Under the pieces are notes generated by a model. The model was not told where the DNA came from. It searched no databases and was given only the letters and a program-made list of their open reading frames with translations. Positions 38,480-52,125 of a stretch of DNA of 64,000 nucleotides are shown here, piece by piece. The translations under genes and the position numbers were made by a program. Positions within the stretch are counted from its first letter, which is position 1, and every line of letters begins with the position of its first letter. The stretch spans positions 29,698,001-29,762,000 of the forward strand of contig NC_043002.1 of NCBI RefSeq assembly GCF_006345805.1, written 5' to 3'. Source of the DNA: Octopus sinensis. Lineage: Eukaryota.

Positions 38480-38760
38480 TACGTTTTGATTAAATTCATT
38501 AGAGTATTTGTGTAAGTATGGAATATGAGTAGGGACACTGCATATCTGTGGGTTTATATTGAGGTACAGATGTGGTGCTGGGTGGATGCCCGCCCATGTC
38601 AGGACGCATATATGTCTGTGAACTCGTTTGTGTCTTTTGGTTAAACTTTCTGCCGTGCGTGTTACCCGGTATTGGCGGTTATGATGGGGCACGTAGGTAT
38701 GATATACTTCCTTTCATGCTGGCAAAGACTAAAAGTTTCATTTCTGCAATTTATTTAGCT
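38480..38760 (-). pseudogene. Possible decayed Penelope-like GIY-YIG endonuclease fragment
   Basis: The minus strand reads EVYHTYVPHHNRQYRVTRTAESLTKRHKRVHRHI. This loosely fits the PLE pattern VIY.I.C..C..QYIG.TG..L..R..VHR..I. Confidence 0.35.
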
Positions 38761-40379
38761 GTTTGGGTGTTGAGAGTTCTTTAATATAACTCTTTTCTAC
38801 CATTAGCATAATCTGCATATCCGGTTGCTATTCAAGTAAGCCTTGCACTTCTTTAAGCTCTTCCGTTTCATGTTGTATTCCGTGGCACTATATTTCAATT
38901 ACCATTCGCGCTTGGCCTCTTTGTGATGCTAAAGGCGATCTTTTGGCTGTTGTAACTGGTTCTGAAAGGACCTTTACCCACTCATACATTCTTTCGCTCA
39001 TTTGATTGTATGCCCATTTAGGCCTTTTGATGTTATCACTGCCTCACACACAACCGTTTCCGTATTACAGTGACTGTTAAGGCGACATGGTTGTTACCGC
39101 TACATGAGCATCCTGCCTCTGTCATGTTTGGCTTACCTACGAATATTTTTTTTTACATTAGATGCACCGCTAAAGGAACTCCTCAAGGTGTCCCTTTTAC
39201 AAATTTTATGAGCCTATTTGTACGGGAGAATTATTTATCCACTAAACTAAGGATGATCAAACCTACAAACATTTTTCGGTGGTATTTTCTGTTGGAGGGA
39301 TTAGAATCTGGCGTATAGCTAATCCTTTCCTTAATACCCATGGTAGCCAGGATCTCATTGTAGTACGAGTAAAAACCGGCAAAAATATTCTTGCTTGAAG
39401 ATAGACATTCTCTTTTGACAAATGTAGAAATGTATATATTTTCTGACCTCTAGATTCGTTTTTATCATAAAGCAACTGGAGCTTTATGGCCCACAAATCA
39501 ATTCTGTATGATATTTTTATATGGTATGACGTGAAAGCGGTGTTCTCTCAGAAAATATCTGAACGTAATCGGCTTGGCATTACTTTTAAATTCAAAACAC
39601 AAGAGTATATTGTGGAGGATGGGAGTGTGATATGTGATCGAAGACAGCTCAGTGAGGAGAGAGGGAGAAAAAGAAAGAGAGAGAGGGGGGAGAGAGAGGG
39701 GGAGAGAGAGAGAGGGGGGGAGAGAGAGAGGGGGAGAGAGAGGGAGGAATAAATGTTCCAAGAAAGTAAAGAAAAGAAACACATCTGAAAGTAAAAAAAA
39801 CACACATCTGAACATCACAAGCATATTACGTAAAACACCACTACCGTGTCGCCTAGCATGATACATACACTTGGCCTTCTAAACAAGAAATCTACACGAA
39901 CTCCACAAGAATTCTACATGACAAGTAATAGAACTCTTTAACTGCTACATTTATTGGGGAGTTAAGCATCGTTGAGGATGTTGGCAGATATACCTGGTAT
40001 AGAATACCACCAGGTTTACGAAATCTCACCTTGAAGGTTACTTCCTTGCAATCTAGAAGCAAGAAATATTCACCAAGTACCTTCTTTATCAAAGAATTCT
40101 AATCGAACTAGTTGACTCCAAATGTAGGCTATGTCAAATTAAAACCAAGATTATAACCATATTGTTACTGTAAAAGAATGTATATCTTGATGCTATCTTG
40201 CAATAAAACATGATATGAAAGCTAAAAGCTCTGGAATGAAGAAAAAAAGCAGAACAACAAATAAAAATGGATTTAGGTGGAACATAAATGATATAAATAC
40301 TATTTGTAACTAAACTAAAACACAATGAACCTGATAGTGTTGTTTAGAACTCTAAAATATAAGCATATTATTATAGGGA

Positions 40380-40600
40380 GGTCAGTTCCTATTTTGGCAT
40401 CACTGTGGTAAGAGAAATATAAAAAAAGATCGACCATCGATGCGGAGCTTAGAAGAATGGGAGCAAAAAGAACATTTTGAACTTTACACGTAATATTATG
40501 AGAGCGACGGGATACCAAATCAGCTGAATCACTATATGGTGGAAAATGCATCTTGGGAGAGAGAATGTGGCTCCATGATTCATGTTCTGCAGATGATATC
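40380..40600 (-). pseudogene. Possible decayed mariner catalytic-domain remnant
   Basis: MHFPPYSDSADLVSRRSH resembles HPPYSPDLAPSDYH. Heavily eroded. Confidence 0.3.
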
Positions 40601-40957
40601 ACGCTGTCTGAGAAAAAAATCTGAAAAAAGCCCTTAAAATTGAAAGGGTGAATGGGTACACAACGGTTGACAGAGCCAAGAATCTTTTTTATTTAAAACG
40701 TACCATCTTCTGAATGGAACTCAATATAAACTCTAAATTGACAAGTGGTGTACGCTGCGTTTTGAAATTTTGTACCAGCCTAGGTAGCCATGATGAGAAT
40801 TCTTGAAGTATATACTAGATTTTAATATCGTTTACAAAAATTTTCCGTTTAAAGTATGAGGCATGACACGAGAGGTAGTGTACAAGCATGAGTTTATTAG
40901 AACCAGTAATACGGCGTCTTTCTTACGTTTCTATTTCACTCTTGTTAATAATTCTCT

Positions 40958-41165
40958 ATACTAAAGGCACAAGGCCTGGAATATTGAGAGAGGGAACTAG
41001 TCAGTTTTATCGACCACAGTGTTCATGTTCAACTGGCACTTATTTTATCGACCCCGAAAGGCGGAAAGGCAAAATCGGCCTCGGCGGAATTTCAACTCAG
41101 AATGTAAAGACGGATGAAATACGATAATTTTTGCCGGGTGTGCTAATGATTCTCTCAGTCTACCG
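40958..41165 (-). mobile_element. tRNA-derived SINE, family B
   Basis: aaaggcacaaggcctg...actggcacttattttatcgaccccgaaaggcggaaaggcaaaatcggcctcggcggaatttcaactcagaa. Confidence 0.85.
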
Positions 41166-41196
41166 CTTTCACTCTTGATAATAATAATGGTAAATT

Positions 41197-41418
41197 AAGG
41201 TGGCAATCTGGCAGAATTATTGGCACGCTTGATACAATACCAAGCGGCATTTGGCATTTTGTTCGTCATTATAACTTGAGTTCAAATTCTACCGAGGTCG
41301 ACTGTAATTTCATCCTTTCGGATTCGATAAATTAAGTACCAGTCAAGCTATAGAGCCAATGTAATCGACTCGATTCCCACTCCCAGAATTTCAGCTCTTG
41401 TGTTTATAGAAGAAAGGA
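41197..41418 (+). mobile_element. tRNA-derived SINE, family B (head-to-head with the previous copy)
   Basis: aaggtggcaatctggcagaattattggcacg...gagttcaaattctaccgaggtcgactg...tcatcctttcgg.ttcgataaattaagtaccag. Confidence 0.85.
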
Positions 41419-42869
41419 TCATAAACGACTAGAGCATAGTTATTCCCTCCTGACGAAAAGATAAACAGATCTCTGATAGTAAAGTTAATTCCAATATTCG
41501 GTTTCCATAAACTTAGGATTTGTATCAATGTAAAAATCCGTAATACATTGATAGTATTAAGGATAACAGCTGCAATAATGGTTCATTTTTATCAGACTGG
41601 TATTCGCTGTAGAGCAATCGTATAAGAATCTAGAAGTACACAATGGTTCTTGTAATCTAAATTCAAGAATGTTTAGTGCCAATTCCAATTCTTTCCATCT
41701 GTGAAGCTAGACATATATTTTCATTCAAAACTGATTAGAGCATTTAACCACACTCCAGTTAAATCGTCCTTCAACACTAATTTTTCCCATTGCCTGGTAA
41801 GAAGCGACAAAGACATGTGCTAAAGATACAAATCTAGTTTAAAAATAGAACGTAATGATTTTTTTTAACGTTTCCTTTATACATCTGTCTACTTCTCTAT
41901 TATTTTGATTATTTATTTCGAAACGGAACATGCCATGTGCAGCAATTTAAAATCAGGCAACAACAATAAACAAAAAATACACTTCTTGACTACAGGACAA
42001 TTGAAGACACATGCAAGTATGCACATAGAGAGTATACACCCACACAAACGCAGACATACATACACACGCATTTGAACACACTGTCACAAAAACATGCATA
42101 CGAATACATATCTACACATGTGTGTATGCGTATGTGTTTGTCCATCTGTACACACACATACACACATATATACATACATATATACATATTGTTATTATCT
42201 ATCTATCTATACATGTGTCAGTGTGTACATGGATGAATGGATATATGCATATATCCCCCCATATACATGGATGTGTATATACATATACAAATACAAACAC
42301 TTACACACACTTACATACATATATACATACATGCATGCATATATATGTATATATGTATATATGTACGTATGCATGCATGTATGTATTCATACAAGAATAC
42401 ACCAGTGGAGTTCGTTTGATTTCTTAGAAAGCCACGTAACAGATGATTAGATTCTTAACGAAGGCCGAGGGTTTGACCCTATTCTGCTATAATTCCATTT
42501 GCTGGCGACTGGTATCGCTTTCTTTGGAGTTTCGAAATTACTGCAATCAAATTACATTGTCCGCAGCATATTCTTCAGTCAACTCTGTGCAATAACAATG
42601 GAAATTTCGGCAGAACTATTATGTATCATTTAGTCCACTCTGCGTATAATATCCATTTTACTTGATTAATCTCCTAACAATTCACCTTGCTCCACACAAG
42701 AGAGAAAATTCATTTTAGCAGAATGAGTTATGGCTGAAAGAGCTTTCATGATATTGGTGCTGACTTTAAAATTACTTCAACTAATTTGGTAAAATTCTGT
42801 TAAAAGAATTGTAAAGGAACGAGCAATAAGAATGGTTTTGGACGATGTCGGTGAGCTGAAGACAGCAAT

Positions 42870-43000
42870 AGTGATAATGACAATAATGATGCTAATGATG
42901 ATGATGATAATGATGATGATGATGACGATGGGGATAACAATGATGATGACGATGATGATGATAACAAAGATGATGATGATGATAATGATGGTGATGGAGA
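42870..43000. repeat. Degenerate (GAT)n microsatellite
   Basis: Read directly from the sequence. Confidence 0.9.
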
Positions 43001-43120
43001 GTAAGTATTGAAGTGGAAGTATGCTCGTATGCATTTGAGTGCTTGCATACATATGCATACAAGCATACATATATGCATTTATGTATATATATGTATGTAC
43101 ATATATACACACACACAAAT

Positions 43121-43170
<50 letters not shown>

Positions 43171-43254
43171 CTGTATATACCTCTCTCTGTATATCTATCT
43201 ATCTATTATTTATCTATCAAAATATATATGTATGTATGTGTATATAAATATATA

Positions 43255-43298
<44 letters not shown>

Positions 43299-44454
43299 TA
43301 TATATTATATATATATATATATATGTGTGTGTGTATATATATGTATGTATATATGTATATAAGTATATATAATGAGAGGAAGAGAAAAAGTGAGTGCATC
43401 CATGGTATGGTCATACGTGTGTGTGTGTGTGTGTGTACCTGTGACTATATATGAGTCTGATTTGATGTTTCTGTCAATGTTATAATAGTTTTCGAAATAA
43501 ACCAAAGGAATCACATAAATGTATCAATTCTTTCTGGAAAGATCTCTCGTTATTTCAATGATAAAAGCTTAGTGGAGGGAGGTGGATGGTCGTATGAGAG
43601 ACATTTTTACATGGAACCTATAAGGAAATGAAACACTCTAAAAGTGTGTCTATTATAACAATGATGTCATAGGAGAGTGAAATTCGTTATTGTATATCAT
43701 TGAATTGCTTTCAGATTCTAACTGGAAATGTGTTTACACAGAAGCTGGTGGCGACATTACTCGCTGAACAATTTTCACTGATCGATAGAAAGTAAAATGG
43801 CGAAGAGTGACGGCCACATCCGAAATTGAAAACAAAAAAAGAAAATGGAAGGGATAAAAAAATAAAAGGTAAAAGAAAAATAAAGAAAAGAAAACAGATA
43901 GGAAAAATATAAAGAGACCAAATAAATTAAGAATAAAAGAATAGAAGAGTATAATAAAAGTCTCCATTCTGATATAGCAGATGTGATTTAATCATTAGCA
44001 ACAGCTTATTCAAATTGAAGACTTGGTTGTAATCCCATAGATACAGATAAACTTTACGGGCAAAATTAAGTAAAAAAAAAAAAAAAGAAAGAAAAAGGAA
44101 AAAAACGCAAGAAAATAATAAAGTATCATATGAAATTAAGCAAAAAATATAATTAAAGTAAAAAATATAGAATAAAAAATAAAACAAAGACGAAATCGAG
44201 TAAAGCTTCTTCTATGATGTGTGTGTCTTATAGGTAGTGCCATCTTGCGGTGTAATCCGTACACCAATATCAGGCATACGTTGAAGCTGTCTAGTGTTGG
44301 AAGTTTCGGCTAAGAAAATACCATTTGATATTGTCCAAAATGATAGTTGTCAACGGAACAATAAGTCATAAACAGTTTATCAGGCCTCCAGCTAAATGGT
44401 GTCTATTGGCTTTATTAAGTTAGAAAGTAAGATTACACAGAGACACTGGTGGAC

Positions 44455-44813
44455 GAATCATGACGACGACGACGACGACAACGAGGGTGGTGATAGTGGT
44501 GGTGGTGGTGGTAGTGGTGGTATTAATATGGTGGTGCTAGTTCTGATGGTTGTGGTGGTAGTGAAGATGGATTTTGTGGTGCAGGTGGTGGTTATAGTGG
44601 TCATGGTTATGATGTTGATCGGTGTTGCTTATTTTAGCGGCGGCTGAGATGATGATGATTATGATGATGGTGGTAGTGGTGGTGGTGGTGTTGGTGGTAG
44701 TGGTGAGGATCATATGATGCTATATATTGATGGTGTTGATTTTGGTGGTGGTGTTGGTGTTGGTGGTGATGATGGTTTCGATCATGATGATGATATGTGA
44801 TAATAGGGATTGC

Positions 44814-44873
<60 letters not shown>

Positions 44874-44905
44874 CATTATTATTTGTTGTTGTTGTTGTTG
44901 TTTGC
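44455..44905. repeat. Compound (GAC)/(GGT)/(GAT)/(ATT)/(GTT) microsatellite field
   Basis: Read directly from the sequence. Confidence 0.9.
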
Positions 44906-44924
44906 GATGTGAGGGCAGCGAGCT

Positions 44925-45072
44925 AGTAGAATATTTAGCACGCCGGGCAAAATGCTTAGCGGTATTTCGTCCGTCTTTACATTCTGGGTTCAAATTCCGC
45001 CAAGGTCGACTTTGCATTCTATCCTTTCGAAATCGATAAATTAAGTACCAGTAAAACAATGGGGTCGATGTA
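44925..45072 (+). mobile_element. tRNA-derived SINE, family B (well preserved head)
   Basis: ggcagcgagctagtagaatatttagcacgccgggcaaaatgcttagcggtatttcgtccgtctttacattctgggttcaaattccgccaaggtcgactttgc. Confidence 0.9.
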
Positions 45073-45116
45073 TCATTATTATTATTATTATTATTATATT
45101 ATTATTATTATTATTA

Positions 45117-47606
45117 ATCCTTCGTAACCCAGCGTAGGTATACATGCACCGGAGTTTTTAGTCATCTATCAAGTCACAACAAGGACCTCACACAGATTAA
45201 TGTTTGCCTTAAGATATACGCTGTACACAATAAGGCTGCTCTTTACAAGACATTAATCTTGCATGAGATTTCTAGTTGCCTTAAGAAGTTTCGAAGTTTC
45301 AATCGGATTGACCCAACGCTCCGATCATCACTGGTATCACTTATACATTACCCCCTCGCAATCCATACAGTCTTGCCATTACCACTTTCAATTCGGACTA
45401 CTTGGGGATTAATTTTTTTCAACCTCTTTACTAACTACATTCTTGTCGTTTGGTACGGTTACATCAATGATTTGACAATATTTGTCTCTCTTATTCAATA
45501 TGGCAATATCTGGCCGACGGTGTTCGATTACACGATCCATCTGAAAATCATAGTCCCAGAGTATCGTTACTTTTCGATCCTCCTGCATAATTTTTACTTG
45601 CTACATGCTCATTCCCGTTCTCTGTTAATTCATATTGGTATTTACGGCATAAAAGCCAATGAAGACACACACACACACACACGCACACTTAATCGTGGTG
45701 GCGTTTCTATTCTTTTTGTTCAAGACTCTCATATCCACTTACCAGGTGGGTTACATTCTCCGCATACTTTCCACAGAGTGTGCATTTCTGGGTGTCAGAA
45801 ATTTTATAGATGTTATACTTCACTGAATCGGTAGCGAGAGCCTGGTCTTGTTGAGCAATGATCAGGATATCGGTGCTACGATTCAAATCACCTCGCTCAA
45901 GCCATGCACACGATACTGTATTATCCTTAACGTCTTGTGTATTCTTCACAAACTGTCCAGGCAATCTCATTTCAAGAAGGTCTTCTTTTCTCCTCTCCTC
46001 GGCTATTTGGTTAAACTTTTCCTTACCCATCGTTTCATTTGCATTTACACCCATTTACACCATATGGCATAATGCAGCAGGTCTTCATCACTATTTATCA
46101 AATACTCGGCAAGCGTTCTCCTTTCACTCCTTATACAATAGTCTATACTAATTAGTCCTCTGCCACCGTTCTTCCTTTTCATATACAATCTATTTACGTT
46201 TGCTTTAGAGTGTAGCGCCTGATGCAGCGTCATCAAATTTCTCGTCATTCTACCCAGTGTTGATATGCTGTGCTTAGTCCATTTGATGATGGGTGCGTTG
46301 TATGTGACCACCACAACAGCACATATATTCATTGCGGTAATCAAATTTTTGGTATTCAGCTTAGATTGCAACACCATCGCTGACCTTGACTTTCATTTCT
46401 CTGTGTAGAATGTCATCCAGCTCCAAAATCCCTAAATATCTATACCCAATACCGTCGGGTTCACCCATGGTCTCTCTTCATTGTAACCGCAATCCTCTAC
46501 AGGCTGCTTTCTTCCCTCTTTTCATATTAAGTAATGACCATTTGGTGGTCCCAAATTCCATACCGATGTCCCTACCACACTATCATACGCCTTTTTAAAG
46601 TCAATCCAAGTCATAGACATGTTTGTATGATGTTTTTAAACAATTCCTCAAAACTCTTTTATCACCAGGTGATCCTTACTACCCTGAGAACTCTTACTGC
46701 ATCATTTTTGTTCCCTTGGTAGTATTTTACCCTGTGCCAGGAAAGTGTATGTCTTTGCCGCACAATATTCCCCTTTCTTCTAACTTTCATTACAACTGTT
46801 GTTCTCCCAGTCACCATCCACCGGGGACTGTACTTTTCTGGACACACTCATTCAATTGGGCTGCTAGTTTTTCATGCATCGCGTAGCATCTCTTCAGTCA
46901 GAAGCCATAAATCCCATCTGGTTCGGGGGCTTTCCAGTTAGACATTTTACCCACTTGTTCTTTCACATCACCCGTGCTTATGACAATATTCCTTTGTTTC
47001 TTTCCTCCTTGTAATTCTGTCTTGATAGTTCCCATTCACATTGCTTCCTATTTATGCACAACATTGTTTTCCCATAATTCGCTCCTGAACTCCTTGGCTT
47101 GATTTGCAAAATTTTCCCCATTGTCTCCTTCTAACGTTTTGAAGAATTGCTTCGGGTTATTTTTCAACAAACTGTTCTCGAAATGCTTATTTCTGTTCAC
47201 AAATCTTCTGATCTTCTGGCTTTTTTCCATGATCCTCTGTTTTAACTCCTCTATTACTGCATCAAACCTGTTTTTTCCGTATTTTATATTTCTTCTCTAA
47301 TTATTCTCGGTCGGTCTTTTTCCCATTATCCCAGTTCCTCTTAACCATTGCTCAATTTCCCCTAGATCTTGACTTACCCGCTTTATATCCTTTTCAATGT
47401 GTCTTTTCCACCATGCTTCTTTTGCTCCACCATTTTCTCCACCATTTTCGTTCGCTTGAGTTGTAATTTCTCCTGAAGAAGTAGCTCAAAAGATTCCTTG
47501 ATTTTGTTATATCCTCCGTCTGGATGTATGGTATGACAGCATGTAGCTTTTGTGTTACGCTATTTATCATACTCCTGTCTATCCTTTTCATATTCATGGG
47601 GATATT
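45117..47606 (-). mobile_element. R4/Dong-clade LINE remnant (RT and restriction-like endonuclease), flanked by (ATT)n
   Basis: Minus-strand pieces: NNPKQFFKTLEG; GFWLKR..HEKLAAQLNEC..PGWMVTGRTTVVMK; WIDFKKAYDS; VLQSKLNTKNLITAMN...LHSKANVNRLYMKRKNGGRGL; LIIAQQDQALAT...KCTLCGKYAENVTHLVSG; ...RAALLCTAYILRQ. The RT core around the DD motif appears deleted. Confidence 0.9.
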
Positions 47607-47620
47607 TATTATTATTATTA

Positions 47621-47710
<90 letters not shown>

Positions 47711-47730
47711 GTTGTTGTTATTATTATTAT

Positions 47731-48063
47731 TAGATTTTACTTTTGATCAGCAGTCACCTGCCGAGACACACCCAACGTCCTGGGGCGAGTGAAGGATAAG
47801 AGACGTTACATAATGACCGAAACCTTGGGGAAGGGAAGGAGTGAAATATCTTCATGTAATACAACACCGACATTTAAATAGATAGGGGTTTTCTAAGGAT
47901 GTGGGCAGTACTTATCAGTCCAACATTTTGGATTTCTCAGACATGGAATCTTAAGATATTTGTGACATCATTTTTTTTATTATACCTAGGGCACCTACAA
48001 TAACAGGAACAGTTCTCATTTTAAGATGTTACTTCTTTTATATTTCAATTTCCAGGTCCTTAT
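47731..48063 (-). mobile_element. 5'-truncated R4/Dong-type LINE 3' end with (AAT)n tail
   Basis: YKDLEIEI*...MRTVPVIVGALGII...EIQNVGLISTAHILRKPLSI*, then a 3' UTR and (AAT)n at 47606-47731. Confidence 0.8.
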
Positions 48064-48078
48064 ATTATCATTATTATT

Positions 48079-48603
48079 GAGTGAGAGAGCAGTGCATGTC
48101 ATCAAAGTGACACTGGGGTAAAATATACGAATCCCAGTATATCCTTCATGACTACTTGTCTGATAAGGGTACACCAGGCACATGCATCACAACCATATGT
48201 GCGCGACATGGTGATTTCATATAAAGATAAACAGCGTGTGATCTTCCAGGTGGGGTCCAGTTACAATTTTCATCAGGTCGAGTAGCCCATTCCACTAAAA
48301 AGTTCCCTGAATAAGGTTTTTTTTAACAATGTTCAACGAAACACCAATGTTTCAAAGGTGAATCGAAATCCTCAAAGAATTCCTTTCAACACACATTTAT
48401 GATGCTCCCCCACTACTTCTGCTTGTGATCAGAAATGCATATATTGTCAGCCACTAAAAACAATTGACAAGCAAATCTGTGGTATTGAACAGAATATTTG
48501 CTGTAGATCACCTTTTATACCAAGACAAAACAATGTACATGATAACACTTCCAATGAGTTAAGATCAGAAGCCATGAGAGTCACTGCCCGGTACTACATT
48601 AGG

Positions 48604-48606
<3 letters not shown>
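48079..48606 (-). mobile_element. About 530-bp non-coding interspersed repeat embedded in (AAT)n, copy 1
   Basis: Colinear along its length with 63375-63930. (ATT)n flanks both copies. Confidence 0.9.
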
Positions 48607-48670
<64 letters not shown>

Positions 48671-50049
48671 GTTACACCTTGATACTGTGTGAACGGAGAT
48701 CCCAGGTGACATGCCGCTGATAAACATTCATAGTATGCAAATTAGTAATTTTACTTCTCTGAATCTACTGACACTTTTTGATTGGCTGCTCATTTCTCCT
48801 GAATCGGTCAAATGATGTAGACATCTCTCATGAGAAACCCTTAAAGTACGAAAATCGAATATTTTGCAGTCTTCACTTAAATTTGCAATGTTTGTATTTT
48901 TACTATATTCATTATATATATATGTGTGTGCGTGTATGTATGTGTGTTTGAGCGAGTGTGTGTTTTATTTAATAAACACAATATATATTTTTATGAGCTG
49001 CCATTAGCTTCAGGCGGTGGAAGCAGCTCAAACATGGTATTTTCATCTCATGAAATTAATAGTAATACGTAAAAATATGTATTCTGTTTATTCAATAATA
49101 TCTGTTTCTCATCAGATGGAATACTTATTTTACTGATCTTACCATCACGGAACAGTGCACTATGTGTGCACGTGTGTGTGTATGAGTGTGCGTGTGCGTT
49201 TGCGCGTATGTGCACGAGCGAACTTTTGGTGAGTTAAAATATGTTTGTGACATATTTCACGGGCTAAATAGCTAGAAAACCGACACTAGACAGATATGGT
49301 GTTTCTAGACAGATATGGTGTTTTTAGATTGAAGCACGTCAGAACAAATATGGAGGCATTGTCAGATGCTCTAACGCCTCGGACAATTCGCTACATTTGC
49401 GGTAATCATGTCGATCCTGTTAGGTATATCAATCTGCTAATATTTTAAAATGTAAATATCAATTTTAAACCAGATTATTTTGACAATTATATATATAAAG
49501 TACAACGAAGAACAGTAGTATTACAATCAATAAAGTAATTATCAATGAATTATTGGGGTCAATTGTATTCGTTACCATGGGCCACTGCAGGAAATCATAC
49601 ATGAAATAAAGATGTATAAACTGACTTGTATATTAATTAAGATAACATCAGGGTAGCGAGACCAACGAAAATTTATCTGTTCAACCACAAACTTCTGGAC
49701 ATCCAGTCTCTCAGCTTATTAGCACTCATCCACGAAGCGATGTAGCCGTGTAGTCACAAATATAATTAGAAACCTGGCTGTATGCATGTATAATAATCCT
49801 CCATATTTACTGTAAAACCGCGTTTTCGCAGTGTTCTCACTCTTGGCTAGACTGTATCGTCTGACGTGCCTTATAATATCTAAATGTAGCTTAGACAGCA
49901 CGCACCAGGCCTGCATCGGTTCTATGAATACATACCAGAAGAGTATCCTTGGAGCCGTTCCTGTCTGATGTCTAATAACAGAGGATAAAGATAAAAGTGA
50001 AAGGCAAAACTAAACACTACTCATATCTGCAAAATACCACCGTAATATA

Positions 50050-50650
50050 CACTCCTAAACATAGGTGGCATTCAGCTAGTGTCAACACTGCTCCAACTAC
50101 TAGGCATCGCAATTACCAAGTGTCTCTCGTGGCGAAAGCATATCTTAAAACATGTCAATAAAGATTGGCCATATCATAAATACTGGCGCTTTTTCAAAGC
50201 CAAAACATATTTCACTCACCAAACATTTCTGATATTCAGCAATTCTTATCTGAGGATCCTACAATATTACTGCTCTTGCATTTGCGGCTCTGCTGTTGCT
50301 AGTCGCAAAAACATGCAAGGCCGTATCCATAGGAACCCATTCAAGTATTTGGCATTATATCACTGGTAGTCACTTTCCAATATCTGACTCTCAATCGTGT
50401 TATCTCCTTTCTCTGCCCTTTTTATCGCTACTCTAATGGTTTCTGCTTTTCAGAGCAAGCTTGTCGCGCACAACTTCTACTCGAGTATTCCAGTCTCTCT
50501 CCTCGCCGACTTATAATCACCCCCGTTGCTTCCAGCTCCGCTGAAACTACTATTCCCTGTCCTTTCTCCCTAAAATTTTGTCTCTCTGAAGTCATGTCTC
50601 TGCTCTTGCGTTTCTTATCGGTGTTGAACCGCATCAATCAAATGGATCAT
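50050..50650 (+). pseudogene. Decayed CR1/L2-group LINE C-terminal region
   Basis: LQLLGIAITKCLSWRKHI...FFKAKTYFT...LQYYCSCICG...RVISFLCPFYRYSNGFC resembles LGV.I...LSW..HI...ARRYF...EYC..IWG...LCLFYRY. Confidence 0.65.
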
Positions 50651-51569
50651 TTAAGACATCTAGCTGGCTGGTCTTGGTGGGCCTGCAAATATCATATCAT
50701 TGGCAATACTCTTTTCTTCAGGTTCAGGACTCAGCAACAAAATATGTGTGTATATACATGCATGAATATACGCATGCATGTACATATCCTTTTGTATGCA
50801 GACACGCACATACACACGCACACACACATACACACACACAGAATGAGAGAGAAAGAATCCTAGAATCAGGGGATGGAGAGAAGAGGAATTAAATGGCAGC
50901 AGTTATAGGAGGAACCATACATAGAAATTTGTTTTATTTGATTGTATTTGAAGGGGGAAAATAGTTTTCATTTGAAAATTAGTATTGATTTATATAAACT
51001 CCAAGGAAGTTCAGAAAAGTTAAATTGGAATTATTGAATGTATGCCATATTTCCGAAGTCATTCGTTATCTCACCAGTATCACTAGTATATACACAGGTA
51101 ATATAATGAACAGTTTCTCTTCAATATATTGAAACAAAATTAGTTTGTCATCAGTCAGAAAGTCAAAGTTATATGGGAAATTTTGAGTGGTACTTGATAG
51201 ATACATCGATCTAGAAAAGAGAATATATTTTATTACATTCAGAAACAATGTATGCAAGTAACAATGTGAGATATCACCAATTATTCATGTAAATCCCCAT
51301 TGACATATTTCTGAAATTACAGATTTGTTCCTCTTGTTATAGGTGCTGCTGTTGTTGTTGCTCTGTTTGTTGTTGTGGTTGAAGCGTCGGTAGTTTTGTC
51401 TAAATTCTCCGATTATTTATAGAGAAAACATTCGGAGCAATTAATTTCTGTGTCTTACTGCAGCTGTTACAGTTCAAATAAAATGTAAGTATTACAGGTG
51501 TTGGGAAATATTTGATAACACTGTGTATATATAGATTCTCATTAAATATAAAACTTCACCGAAACGACC

Positions 51570-51750
51570 TGTTTTCATAACGGTAGAATCAGCCAACCTA
51601 CGAGTGAACCTCTACGTGGTTGTACCACCTGTTAGAAATATCAATGAAATACCCCTCAAATCATACCCTGTTATCTTAAAATTTAAATATTGACTAATGA
51701 AATCTTAGATGCACTATGTTAGAAAATAACAATGGATAATCTCAGTGACG
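51570..51750 (+). repeat. Decayed short interspersed repeat with an inverted relative at about 52300-52470
   Basis: gttgtaccacctgttagaaatatc...cataccctgttatcttaaaa resembles the reverse complement of ttttaagacagcagggtatac...gatatttctagcgagacaggtgacaac. Confidence 0.5.
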
Positions 51751-51894
51751 TAATTCCGGGTAAGTCCTTGCGTTTTGTACCACCCGCTCCACAAAAATTA
51801 GAACAAATTGCACGATCCAAATGTGCCGCTTCCATAAAAGTGTCGCCCGGGACGGGACAATCACAAGTGCAAGACATTTGATTATAGAGCCATA

Positions 51895-52125
51895 ACACTT
51901 ATAATAGTCGGAGAGTGTTTGAAAGACTGCGTCGCGGTATCTGTTCTGAAACTCGTTGCTCTGAGATCAAATCTGGATGGGGACAACTTTGTCCTTCATC
52001 CTATCAGGGGTCGATAAATAAATGTACGGTGCATTGGCAGAAGTGCATGAAGATCGGATAGGATGACTTCCGGATATTTGTTCCAGTGTGTTGCGTTCTG
52101 AGTTCAATCCCGCCTTTGCCTTCTT
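51895..52125 (+). mobile_element. Two partial family-B SINEs
   Basis: ctctgagatcaaatct...ctttgtccttcatcctatcaggggtcgataaa; cgttctgagttcaatcccgcc. Confidence 0.55.

Noticed and set aside
46855-46905. CTGAAGA...GAAA on the minus strand resembling a hammerhead
   Set aside because: It lies within R4 LINE coding sequence (FWLKR...HEKLA), with no helix III/NUH or helix I.
50655-50685. Minus-strand tttgcag|gc cca cca aga cca gcc agc tag as a terminal exon (GPPRPAS*)
   Set aside because: It falls in the tail of a plus-strand CR1/L2 remnant and is too short to distinguish from chance.
51740-51880. Cys-rich reading MSCTCDCPVPG...CSNFCGAGG on the minus strand
   Set aside because: It is wedged between two repeats, has no good acceptor, and does not fit WSC or other Cys-domain spacing.
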